Virus record (IMG/VR): IMGVR_UViG_3300035701_000017
DNA from: an uncultured virus (IMG/VR IMGVR_UViG_3300035701_000017)
Lineage: Duplodnaviria > Heunggongvirae > Uroviricota > Caudoviricetes
DNA: 64,000 nt
Direction: 5' to 3' (one strand)
Position numbers and translations under genes: made by a program. Under the pieces are notes generated by a model. That model ran no database searches, was not told the origin of the DNA, and saw only the letters and a list, made by a program, of their open reading frames with translations. Each line of letters begins with the position of its first letter. The first letter of the stretch is position 1. Shown in pieces: positions 1-9,489 of this stretch.

Positions 1-334
1 TGACATCTTTAGTATGTACTTTTTCGCTTGTTGTTAATGTTTTTTGCTGCTCTTTTAACTTTTGCTTTAAAGACTCAATATTTTGTTTTAATTTTCTTTC
101 TTTTTCAACTGGTGTAATTGATCCAGATGTGCTCCATTGTCTATATAATTGTTTATAAAGAGCTTTCTGCCTATCATCACCAGATTTAAGCGACTTAATT
201 TTTATTGTTTTTTTCTTTCCAGGGCTTGGATTTGAAACCTCATCATCACCCTTAACTTTAATAAAATCAGCATTTGTTTTAGGACTTTTAGCGAATTTTT
301 CAAATTCGTCTTGAATTAAATCAATATATGACAT
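1..334 (-). CDS. Hypothetical protein, runs off the window edge; N-terminal MSYIDLIQDEFEKFAK motif (possible capsid-internal protein)
   Basis: Hand-translated, not in the ORF track: ATG at 334 after TAAGGTG, open to position 1. Confidence 0.75.
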   Translation of the reverse strand, partial: MSYIDLIQDEFEKFAKSPKTNADFIKVKGDDEVSNPSPGKKKTIKIKSLKSGDDRQKALYKQLYRQWSTSGSITPVEKERKLKQNIESLKQKLKEQQKTLTTSEKVHTKDV

Positions 335-415
335 AGTCACACACCTTATAAATTTACGTAAGTATAACATTATATATTTGTAACTTTATAAAAAGTTATT
401 CAAATTTCAAACAAT

Positions 416-446
416 AAAAAACGGGCTAGTAATTAATATTGCCCGC
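416..446 (-). terminator. Rho-independent terminator
   Basis: Minus strand CGGGC-aatattaattacta-GCCCG followed by TTTTTT. Confidence 0.65.
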
Positions 447-570
447 TTATAAATCTTATTTACTGTACTAAATTAATTAAACATAAAGTTCAGGAGTAGC
501 TTTTATATTTTGATGTCTAGATTCCCATAACGGTATTGAAAACTTATACATTCGTCTTAAAACATCCCAA

Positions 571-2265
571 TCATGACTCTCTTGAGCAACTATGTACAAT
601 ACATTCTTTATATTGATCTAAAAAAACATTTACTTTCTTAACATCTTCATCATTAATTCTTTTCTTCAGCTCAATAAACGATTTTTTTTGCCATAAATAA
701 AAATCATCTAATAACAAAATATCAGGCACATACATGACATATTCATCATGATTCAAACTAAATCTTTCTGGTTCATATTTATATCTTATATTATTCAATT
801 TCAATATCCTACAAAAATTTGCTTCAACCATACTCCTAACATAATGACCTATATCATTTCTAATTCCTCCATAACCAAAATTATAATTTGTAGTAGTTGA
901 TGAATTAACAACTTTAAACATAATACTTTTTATTAAATTTTTTGAAATTAATGGTGCACCTGGAAACAATTGTTTATACATAAATGCAGTAAGATTGTGT
1001 GATTCTATGTGCTGAGTAATCCTTTTAAATTGCAATAAACAATATCGACAATAAATTATATCATTAGTATCAATTAAAGTTTTATTTTCAACAATATTAT
1101 AATTACAAATTCTAAAATCATTTTCCCATTGTGATTTATCTATATTCTTTTGCTCTTCTTTTTTTATCATATCTTGCTTAAATTTTAATCTTTGTTCATC
1201 AGACAATTTTAATCCTATTCTACCATTTGATATATTGTCAATTATTTTTTGACTTGACACTACCATAACATTATGCTTACTTTTATAATCTAGTAAAGTC
1301 ATATTGTGTACGTTCTTTATATGTTCTGATAAATCTGATTTCATTAAATTACATTCTCTACAAAATACTTTATCATAAGCATCATCAGCTCCATATATAA
1401 TTCTTCTACATTGCTTACAATTATCATATTTACTTTTAATTGATATCTTTTTTCCACATTTAACACAATATTTCTTTGGTATATTTAAAAAATGACGTTT
1501 AATCCCATTAGATATATTTGATTTAACATCTTCATCTAAATGTTTACCATAATTAAAGTGCTTATCTCCAGATATTGATTTTGAATGTCTTTTACCAATT
1601 TCTTCAACTGACAAAATACAATCTGGATATTTTTCAAATAACATCTCATAAGTATAATTATGACATTTAATGTGACTTAATGTAATCAATCTTAATCTTG
1701 ACGTTATTTCATCACCTGTCTCTTCAAGGCACAATGGACAAATAATGTATTGTTTTAACTTTAACTTATTTAATAATTTTTTATTTTTTCTTCGTTCTAA
1801 TGTCAAATATCTAAATTGTTGTTTTGTCTCACTTACACTTTTAGCTATTTTTTGTCTATGCTCTTCACTAAAAGTTTTACCTTTCATAGAAGGATTTGCT
1901 CGTATAGCTTTTATTCTTACTTTTTTTACTTTTTCATTTTTCCAACTAGCTTTTGCTGCTCGACTCATTTTTTGTCTACAACAATCATCTTTTTTTCTTG
2001 ATTCAATAGTATTTTTAGAAAAAATCGGTGCATCTGGATATTCATTAGAATATTCATCAACTGTCATTTTATGTTCAGCTTTGATATGAAAATCTAATCT
2101 TCGCTTTGTAGCATTACATATTCTACAATACACAAATTCATCTGAATCATAATCTCTTTTTGATAATCCTAACTTATCTTTACACTCTTCACATCTGATA
2201 ATTGTAGCAAATCTATTGTCAGTTGTAATATCATTGCCGCAAGTAGAACATTTCCTTTTATACAT
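571..2265 (-). CDS. Free-standing homing-endonuclease-like protein: Zn-finger and NUMOD3-like repeats plus C-terminal PD-(D/E)XK nuclease; probable frameshift near the C-terminus
   Basis: CxxC...HI..H repeats, KGKTFSEEHRQKI, RSMVEANF...YKYEP...YVPDILL...FIELK; ATG at 2265 follows GGAG. Confidence 0.75.
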   Translation of the reverse strand: MYKRKCSTCGNDITTDNRFATIIRCEECKDKLGLSKRDYDSDEFVYCRICNATKRRLDFHIKAEHKMTVDEYSNEYPDAPIFSKNTIESRKKDDCCRQKMSRAAKASWKNEKVKKVRIKAIRANPSMKGKTFSEEHRQKIAKSVSETKQQFRYLTLERRKNKKLLNKLKLKQYIICPLCLEETGDEITSRLRLITLSHIKCHNYTYEMLFEKYPDCILSVEEIGKRHSKSISGDKHFNYGKHLDEDVKSNISNGIKRHFLNIPKKYCVKCGKKISIKSKYDNCKQCRRIIYGADDAYDKVFCRECNLMKSDLSEHIKNVHNMTLLDYKSKHNVMVVSSQKIIDNISNGRIGLKLSDEQRLKFKQDMIKKEEQKNIDKSQWENDFRICNYNIVENKTLIDTNDIIYCRYCLLQFKRITQHIESHNLTAFMYKQLFPGAPLISKNLIKSIMFKVVNSSTTTNYNFGYGGIRNDIGHYVRSMVEANFCRILKLNNIRYKYEPERFSLNHDEYVMYVPDILLLDDFYLWQKKSFIELKKRINDEDVKKVNVFLDQYKECIVHSCSRES

Positions 2266-2280
2266 TTTATACTCCAAATA

Positions 2281-2320
2281 AAAAAAGTAATATAGTATAT
2301 AATATACACCATATTACTTC
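2281..2320 (-). terminator. AU-rich hairpin plus U-tract between the structural operon and the endonuclease gene
   Basis: AAGTAATAT...ATATTACTT inverted repeat running into a T-tract on the minus strand. Confidence 0.5.
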
Positions 2321-2356
2321 CAAATGTACAAAAATAATTGTAATGTTGCTAGATCA

Positions 2357-2869
2357 TTAGAAAGTCAGTCTCCAAGTACAAGTCAAAGTTGCAGTCGATG
2401 GCTTGTTCCAAACAGGAAATGTATGATAGTTCACCATATCTCCGCCACCAGCTATTGTGGCATTTACACCGCCAAAAAGACCCATTTCAACTAAAGCACC
2501 GACAGCTTCAGTATCATTAAATACTGTTTCAAAATCAACTCTATTTGTTCTAGTCAGCGACTCATTACCCAGTGAATCAACATAATATGTTCTATTAAAT
2601 GTTTTTCTATCTAACTCATTTACCAACAATGTCTGAGCTGCAGTTGCAATTGGTGGATTTTGCAAATCCCATCCAGGATCCCCTGTACCGACTGCAAGAA
2701 CCATTATTCCGGGAATTCCACTAGTCTCTTTCATTAACTGCGCCATTAATAAAGATGCTTGATCAACAATAACATTTTTCATTGTTCTATACTCAATAGT
2801 ACCATCTTTATGTCTCATTGTCATTATTATCTCACCACTTTTTAACCAACAATCTTTTTCATGTAACAT
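2357..2869 (-). CDS. Tail-collar/fibre attachment-type baseplate protein
   Basis: LAVGTG...L.NEL.RK...EA.G.L.EMGLFG...W.LTF pattern; strong GGAGG RBS; follows the wedge genes. Confidence 0.6.
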   Translation of the reverse strand: MLHEKDCWLKSGEIIMTMRHKDGTIEYRTMKNVIVDQASLLMAQLMKETSGIPGIMVLAVGTGDPGWDLQNPPIATAAQTLLVNELDRKTFNRTYYVDSLGNESLTRTNRVDFETVFNDTEAVGALVEMGLFGGVNATIAGGGDMVNYHTFPVWNKPSTATLTCTWRLTF

Positions 2870-2884
2870 GTAATCCTCCTAATA

Positions 2885-3028
2885 TTAAAATTTTCTTTTC
2901 TCAATACGACCATCTTTATGTTTCATTATACCAATGCCTGATGCAGTTTTCACACTAACAATTTCTTCCTTAAGAACTTTGTCATTAGGCAGTGCTTTCT
3001 TAATTGTTTGTTTTTCATTTTGATTCAT
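2885..3028 (-). CDS. 47-aa microprotein (MNQNEKQ...IMKHKDGRIEKRKF)
   Basis: Hand-translated; GGAGG RBS 10 nt upstream; fills the intergenic gap; resembles the N-terminus of the next gene. Confidence 0.6.
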   Translation of the reverse strand: MNQNEKQTIKKALPNDKVLKEEIVSVKTASGIGIMKHKDGRIEKRKF

Positions 3029-3034
3029 AAAATA

Positions 3035-6000
3035 TTATCCTCCAAAAAATCGTTTAATCCAATAGAACAACATATCTGTTGAATTATTTGTTAAAGAATC
3101 GAGATCATTTGTTGTAAATGGATGTGCATTTGTTTCATGTGCAAATCCATATTCATTATTTATTATATTAACTCTTTCACTATACGGTTGTACAACTTTT
3201 ACAATTAATTGCTCATCTAGCATATCAACCGTCTCTTTAAGTAACATCTTCCAACTCAATGATTCTCTTATATCAAGCTTCACTCGCTCAGACTTAAAAT
3301 CTTTAAGATTTGCAATCAACTGCTCTTCAGCGTCTCTAAACTTCTTCTCTTCTAATACACCATAATTTACATTTGAAAATAATGCAGTTTCACAAATGTG
3401 AGCATGCATTTGCTCTGGTATATTATAAGCTATAATTGCATCACTTAGAACATTTGTTTGATTTAGTAAACTCTTTTTTGTTAAATCAAACACTCCGCCA
3501 GTTATTGTATAAGTATTTAAATAAAATCTAAGCTCTCTATAGATTACGTATTTATTAAATTTATAGATAATTTTAACAGTCTCGCTTGTCAATGGATTCC
3601 TGCTCAAACAAATTTTACCGGTAAAACCATTAACTGAAATAACACTTATTGGCAAACCAACAGGCGTAACATCAACTTGTATGTCTATAGGATCACTTGT
3701 TATTTTTGTTTCATCTAAACTCAATATCGGTTTATAATATGCAAAACAACAATTATTTGATCCATCAAATTGTGCAGTAACATTTTCAGTTATAACTTCA
3801 GCTTTTTTATATTTATTAGCACAATTAGTCCTAACATCTTCTTCACCCTTAAAATGAAAATGCCATTTGACAATCTCATCAATAATATCTTTTGTTCTAA
3901 TAATCTCTGAAAAGATATATCTTAATAAAAAGTATGTATGCGCTGGTTTTACTAGTTTCAGTACAGTTGTAATGTCACTATTAAATTCATCCCAATTTTT
4001 AATGGGAATAGACCCTATTTCAACATCAAATGAGAAAATAAACTGCCATGCTATATTTTGCAAATACTCTTTAATTGTCACAGATTGAACGCCTAATAAC
4101 AAAGTCAAACCCTCAGTAATACTACTTTTCGTTGACCCTTTAAAAAACATCTGCATCAATATCAATAAAATATCTCTATATCTATCATGAGAATAATCTG
4201 CTCTTGGCTCAAACTTCAACAAATATCCCAAATTCTGATATAACAGTTCAGGAGCAGTTCCGGTCTCATAATATGAATCATTTCTATAATCTTCGACTGT
4301 TTGCATTGACCTTGCAATTTCCAATGCTAAAGTCTTAAAATACCCATAAAACACTGTTGACTGCGAATCAGTATTGTATGTGCTTTCTAAATTGCTCAAA
4401 ATTCGATTAACAATATCAACATGGTAATTGAACCACTTATTTTTGATATTTCTTGACGGAGTTGCAACTTCTTTACATGTAAATAAGAACTGTTGTGCAG
4501 TCATTTGATGACCACTAAAATCACTTGCATTAACAATCACGTTTACAGTGTAGTTATCTTCAAATGTTTCAAATGGTGTTATTGCTATTAAATAGCCTCT
4601 ACTCCTTGGTGTATAAACAATATTCTTATTGTCTTCAAATCTTGCAACAGATAATTGGATTGTATTACTAATAGCAATATGATTCAAATTAATAAAATCT
4701 AAACTTGTTATCTGATCATAGCTTTTATCAATCATAGTTGCTATAAAATTAGGCAATGAACTCAAAAACACGCTAACTTTTTTCACTGTTGAATATTCAT
4801 CATGCGTCAAATTTACACTAGCAATTACAACTCCTCCTACAGTAACAAACATATTGTAATTAAAAATATCAATAAAAGCAGCAAATTGGCCTGAATATGC
4901 AACTGAAATAACATCAGTCATACTCAATTCATAAATTGTATTAGCTATTTTAACGCTAACAGTTCTTATATCAACACCTGACATATCATCATCAATGAAA
5001 AACATTACATTTGAATCTCTAGATACATCAAAGGCTTTATGTTTTGGCCAAAAACCCTTTATATAGGGCGCACTTACATCTGGAGGAGTTATAGTCACAG
5101 CAACAGGAACTAATGCATTACCAGCAAAATCATTAGCATAAATCACTAAACTTTCTAGATTATCAAAATTTGGAATACTAGCTACAAGCCCTACTTTAAC
5201 TTGTAAACTTTGAGGCGTTCCAGAAAATGAAAAATATGATGCATTTTTACTTGTAGAATATTCAACATCATCAATTACAATCTTAATAGTATCAACATCA
5301 ACACCGGATAAAGCATCAGTAAAATCTACAGTCAAATGAGTTTGAATTGTAAATATCAAATCTGGCGGATCAATAGATACAACTATTGGCTTTTCTAAAT
5401 CTAAATACAATTTATTTACTGCTGATTTTACAATCTCAACATTTCCTGCCATGTCCACAGAAAAATATTTAATATTATAAGTACCACTAGCGGGCACAAG
5501 CATTCTACCATTTATTGTATATGGAGAAGCTATTGTTGGATCAGGCAATGGTAATGGATCTAAAGCAAAAGTATAATATGTTCGATATAAACCTGATGCA
5601 TCAGGATCAATTGTGAATTGTACTGTTTGATTATTTGTCCAGTTACCTGTGACATTATCATGTGTTACAGGTGCATTTATATCTAATTTAAAAATTTGTT
5701 GTTTTACAGTTTCAATATTTCCTACATTATCTTTACTATAAAAGTATAATGTATGCGTGCCTTCTGACGGTATTAAAATTGATGTTGAATATATTGTGTA
5801 AAATGCAGTATTATCCCATTTATAAAATGTTTTGTCTATACCAGAATCAAGATCTTGAGCATCTAAAGTAATTGTCGGTGCTACAATATACCAATCATTT
5901 TGACCATCAGGTAAATGATCAACTACTACAATAGTTTCAGGAGCAGTTTTGTCAATTTGAACAGACACTGATGATTTAATATCTTCAAAATTACCTGCAT

Positions 6001-9000
6001 TGTCGACACCTCTATACTTAACTACAAATTGACCTGTACTGGATAATGTCAAATGACACACATTATCAAAGATTGCTATGTTTGGATCAGCTCCATCAGT
6101 ACTATATAAAATTCTATTTACACCTGAAGGACTTTGCTCTACAGGCAATACGTCAAAATCATGAGATGTTATGTCAACAGATACATCATGGTCAACCCAA
6201 CCTGTAATAGCGTTATCAGTAGATATTGGCGCATAAGTGTCAAGTTTTAATGTGTTACCTGACAATTGAGGTATCATTGTACAAACAGTTGTCTTATTGC
6301 GTTTGTTTGTGGCAATGATTGTTATGTCTTTTTCACCTTGTATATCATAAGTGCTTGGTTCTGGATAAACGTATGGATTAGTTTGATCAGAGAAATCAAA
6401 ATCAACATCAGGATTATGAATATCACCAATTTTAATGATTCTTGAATCAGAATTAGGATTGTAATTCAATAAAGTTGAATATTGATAATCTACTTGAAAA
6501 ACGTCTGTGTTTTGCGGCAAAATTGAACAAGTTGCATTTATTAAATTGCCAGAAAAAGAGACAATTGTATAAATTTCACCCTTTGTTATGTTTTCAATTC
6601 TTGTAACGTCTGACAAAACTTCATATAATGTATCAACTTTTAAAGCTGTAAATTGAATATTATACGTGCCACTAATGCTGATTATTAATGAGTCTTCATT
6701 AAAAACATATACATCAGGATTAGTTACTTCAATTTTTACTGCAGGTCTTAATAGCGGCTGTGCCTCATCAGTCTTGTACCATGAATTTTCACCATTGGGT
6801 AAATAATCAGTTAGAGTATCTGAACTTTTTACTATTTTAGCATTTATTATAGGCGCTCTATTAAGAATAGTGACAGTTACAGGAAAAGTTTGAATTGCCT
6901 CTTCATTTCCTGCTTCATCAATTGAAAAGTATTTAATTGTATATTGATCATTATTTACTAAGTCAATTATACCGCTATCAATTTGAGGAGTTGCATTTAC
7001 GCCATAATAAGTGTGTTGTATTCCAGTGTATATGTAATCAACCACGATTACGTCAGAATTAAGAAATACTTCATTAGTATAGATCTTATTTTTTGAATAA
7101 TAATTGATTGTTAGTGGTGAAGCTGTCGTTTCATTATATACTCTAGAAATACTATATAAAAATTGATGTGCTACAGTCAATTCTTTTGTCGCTTCATCTT
7201 TATTAACAATTGCTTCATCTATTACACTATATTGTCTATCATCAATTGCCTTTAAAAACAATTTAATAGCATCAAACGATATTATCTCAGGCACTGCTCT
7301 ATTTATTGAATGAATTCCAGAGCCCACGTTTGTTATCGTTATCGGTATACTTGATAGAGCATCATTGTACGTGTCAGCGACTCTTATTTGTGTACTCGAT
7401 ATGACAATTGCATAATAGTACCTGTTTGCTAGCAATGGATAGGGCAACATTACAGAACTATTGAATTGTATAACATCACCTGCACTCAAATTGTGAAGAA
7501 TAGACGTCACAACGTAATTATTGCTTAAATCTATAGTAAATTCTTTTAATGTCGAATCAATATTTAAAGCATTAATGTATGTTATTAAATCGCTCCAGCT
7601 AGTGAACTCTTGTAAATTTTGACTTAATGACGGTGTTAATACAAGAAAATCATATTCATGAGTATCAGGATTAATTGTTACAACTTTTGCTTGTGAAAAA
7701 AGTATATTTAAGCCAATGTTATACGCATTTATATTATTGCCGTCAGTGATAGTTGTCGGTTTTACGTCATCAAAATTGAAATATTTTTCTCTCGGAGATT
7801 CAATGTTTCCAGCAACATCAATTGAAAAATATACTAATCTAATTATTTTTGATGTGTCAGGTAAATAAACAGGACCATCTTCAGCATGATATTCAAAAGT
7901 CGGTTGTTTATCAAACTGATAAATTATTTTATCAACACCTGAAGCATTATCAATTGCAGTAAATGCTATACTTGGAGAAGTTGTATAAAAATCATTACCA
8001 TGGTCAGGATCAACATTAACAGTCGTTACTGAGGGTGTAGCATCTATTTTGTAATTTTTTTTAGCTATTGCTGTTTCATTTACACTAGTTGTAGCAGTTG
8101 CAGCAACTTCCCATGTACCATCACCCGGAAGCACAAATGGATTTGTATAATTAACATAAAGATATGTTTCAGTAAAAGTATGAGGATATGCGTCAATATC
8201 TAAACCAAAAACGGTTGCAGTAGCGTCAAATGTGCCCGGACTAACAAATTTTATTTCAGACGTTGGTAAACCAGTTCCACCAGTTGGTGATGTTAATGTA
8301 ATATAGCCTGAACCAGCTAAACCATCAGCACCGGTTTCTGTAGCAATTTCAATAGTATACGTGTTATTAATCGCATCAATAATGTCTTTTATAGACGTTT
8401 CAGTAGAATCAACACCTCTAACGTTTATCACTAAAGGATTGCCTGATTGATCAATGTCAAGAGCAATAAATGAACCACCAGATAAATCAATTTTTCCTGT
8501 TATCAGAACAGCACTTGTATATGTAGCAGTTGTTGGTTTGTTTTTTGGTGCTATTTTATATTTTAATTCAGTTATTAAATTCGGTTTTGTTGTTAATAGC
8601 CCAATTTGAGGTGATGATTTGTACCAGCCATTACTACCATTTGTTGGAAAACTTTCAGTTATTAGAATTTGTAGAGATGATTTTTCAATTTCAATTCTAA
8701 ATGGTATTGATTCTTTTATACTCTCTACATTTCCGGCATTGTCAATTGAAAAATACTTAATGATGTATAAGCCAGAGTCTTTTATTTCAAAAGATGATCG
8801 ATACTCTGAATCAATTGTTGGAGTTGATCCATCTGTAGTATAGAATGTTTTTTGCACACCTGATGCTTTATCAGTTACAGTAAAATTTATTGTTGTTGCT
8901 TCATGAACTACAACTAATGGAACTGTAATTGCTGTTGATGGGCCGTTTACGTCATATTTAAATATTTTTGTTTGTATGTCTTCTTTATTACTTGCAGTGT

Positions 9001-9478
9001 CAATAGCGTACACTTGTAAATAATGAATGCCTTCTCCAGGTATTGTTAATGATCCGCCAATATATTCCTGAAATGATGAGCCGTTCCATGAATAGAAAAT
9101 CTTATTAATACCTGAAACAACATCATTAGAAGTAATTGTGATTATAGGCAGTGAAATGTACCAACCATTTTCACCATCAGGCGTAATATTTACATTAATT
9201 ACTGATGTTGGTGAAACACTATCAATTTTGATATATTCAGTCTGTACAATATTTGCTTCAATTGTAGAAACGCTAATTGAGTAATATTTAACAGTAGTTA
9301 TTCCTTCAGCATCTACAATGAATGGATTTACATACAATATTTTTGTAGGCGAAGTTATAGGGTCAGAACCATCTAATGTGAAATATGTTCTACTGAGTTC
9401 ATTAGTATTGAAAATAATAGCAAAAAAACTAGTGCACCATTGAGTTGATATATTACTTACAGTAATTGGTATTGCCAT
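3035..9478 (-). CDS. Large baseplate wedge protein: chitobiase-C/OmpL47-like and Ig repeats fused to a P2 gpI-like domain
   Basis: Repeats YFTLDGSDP, KYFSID.AGN.E, P.G.NGWY; C-terminal LYQNLGYLL...YRDIL...KGST...LVKPAHT; adjacent to baseplate J-like gene. Confidence 0.7.
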   Translation of the reverse strand: MAIPITVSNISTQWCTSFFAIIFNTNELSRTYFTLDGSDPITSPTKILYVNPFIVDAEGITTVKYYSISVSTIEANIVQTEYIKIDSVSPTSVINVNITPDGENGWYISLPIITITSNDVVSGINKIFYSWNGSSFQEYIGGSLTIPGEGIHYLQVYAIDTASNKEDIQTKIFKYDVNGPSTAITVPLVVVHEATTINFTVTDKASGVQKTFYTTDGSTPTIDSEYRSSFEIKDSGLYIIKYFSIDNAGNVESIKESIPFRIEIEKSSLQILITESFPTNGSNGWYKSSPQIGLLTTKPNLITELKYKIAPKNKPTTATYTSAVLITGKIDLSGGSFIALDIDQSGNPLVINVRGVDSTETSIKDIIDAINNTYTIEIATETGADGLAGSGYITLTSPTGGTGLPTSEIKFVSPGTFDATATVFGLDIDAYPHTFTETYLYVNYTNPFVLPGDGTWEVAATATTSVNETAIAKKNYKIDATPSVTTVNVDPDHGNDFYTTSPSIAFTAIDNASGVDKIIYQFDKQPTFEYHAEDGPVYLPDTSKIIRLVYFSIDVAGNIESPREKYFNFDDVKPTTITDGNNINAYNIGLNILFSQAKVVTINPDTHEYDFLVLTPSLSQNLQEFTSWSDLITYINALNIDSTLKEFTIDLSNNYVVTSILHNLSAGDVIQFNSSVMLPYPLLANRYYYAIVISSTQIRVADTYNDALSSIPITITNVGSGIHSINRAVPEIISFDAIKLFLKAIDDRQYSVIDEAIVNKDEATKELTVAHQFLYSISRVYNETTASPLTINYYSKNKIYTNEVFLNSDVIVVDYIYTGIQHTYYGVNATPQIDSGIIDLVNNDQYTIKYFSIDEAGNEEAIQTFPVTVTILNRAPIINAKIVKSSDTLTDYLPNGENSWYKTDEAQPLLRPAVKIEVTNPDVYVFNEDSLIISISGTYNIQFTALKVDTLYEVLSDVTRIENITKGEIYTIVSFSGNLINATCSILPQNTDVFQVDYQYSTLLNYNPNSDSRIIKIGDIHNPDVDFDFSDQTNPYVYPEPSTYDIQGEKDITIIATNKRNKTTVCTMIPQLSGNTLKLDTYAPISTDNAITGWVDHDVSVDITSHDFDVLPVEQSPSGVNRILYSTDGADPNIAIFDNVCHLTLSSTGQFVVKYRGVDNAGNFEDIKSSVSVQIDKTAPETIVVVDHLPDGQNDWYIVAPTITLDAQDLDSGIDKTFYKWDNTAFYTIYSTSILIPSEGTHTLYFYSKDNVGNIETVKQQIFKLDINAPVTHDNVTGNWTNNQTVQFTIDPDASGLYRTYYTFALDPLPLPDPTIASPYTINGRMLVPASGTYNIKYFSVDMAGNVEIVKSAVNKLYLDLEKPIVVSIDPPDLIFTIQTHLTVDFTDALSGVDVDTIKIVIDDVEYSTSKNASYFSFSGTPQSLQVKVGLVASIPNFDNLESLVIYANDFAGNALVPVAVTITPPDVSAPYIKGFWPKHKAFDVSRDSNVMFFIDDDMSGVDIRTVSVKIANTIYELSMTDVISVAYSGQFAAFIDIFNYNMFVTVGGVVIASVNLTHDEYSTVKKVSVFLSSLPNFIATMIDKSYDQITSLDFINLNHIAISNTIQLSVARFEDNKNIVYTPRSRGYLIAITPFETFEDNYTVNVIVNASDFSGHQMTAQQFLFTCKEVATPSRNIKNKWFNYHVDIVNRILSNLESTYNTDSQSTVFYGYFKTLALEIARSMQTVEDYRNDSYYETGTAPELLYQNLGYLLKFEPRADYSHDRYRDILLILMQMFFKGSTKSSITEGLTLLLGVQSVTIKEYLQNIAWQFIFSFDVEIGSIPIKNWDEFNSDITTVLKLVKPAHTYFLLRYIFSEIIRTKDIIDEIVKWHFHFKGEEDVRTNCANKYKKAEVITENVTAQFDGSNNCCFAYYKPILSLDETKITSDPIDIQVDVTPVGLPISVISVNGFTGKICLSRNPLTSETVKIIYKFNKYVIYRELRFYLNTYTITGGVFDLTKKSLLNQTNVLSDAIIAYNIPEQMHAHICETALFSNVNYGVLEEKKFRDAEEQLIANLKDFKSERVKLDIRESLSWKMLLKETVDMLDEQLIVKVVQPYSERVNIINNEYGFAHETNAHPFTTNDLDSLTNNSTDMLFYWIKRFFGG

Positions 9479-9489
9479 TTAATCTTCCC

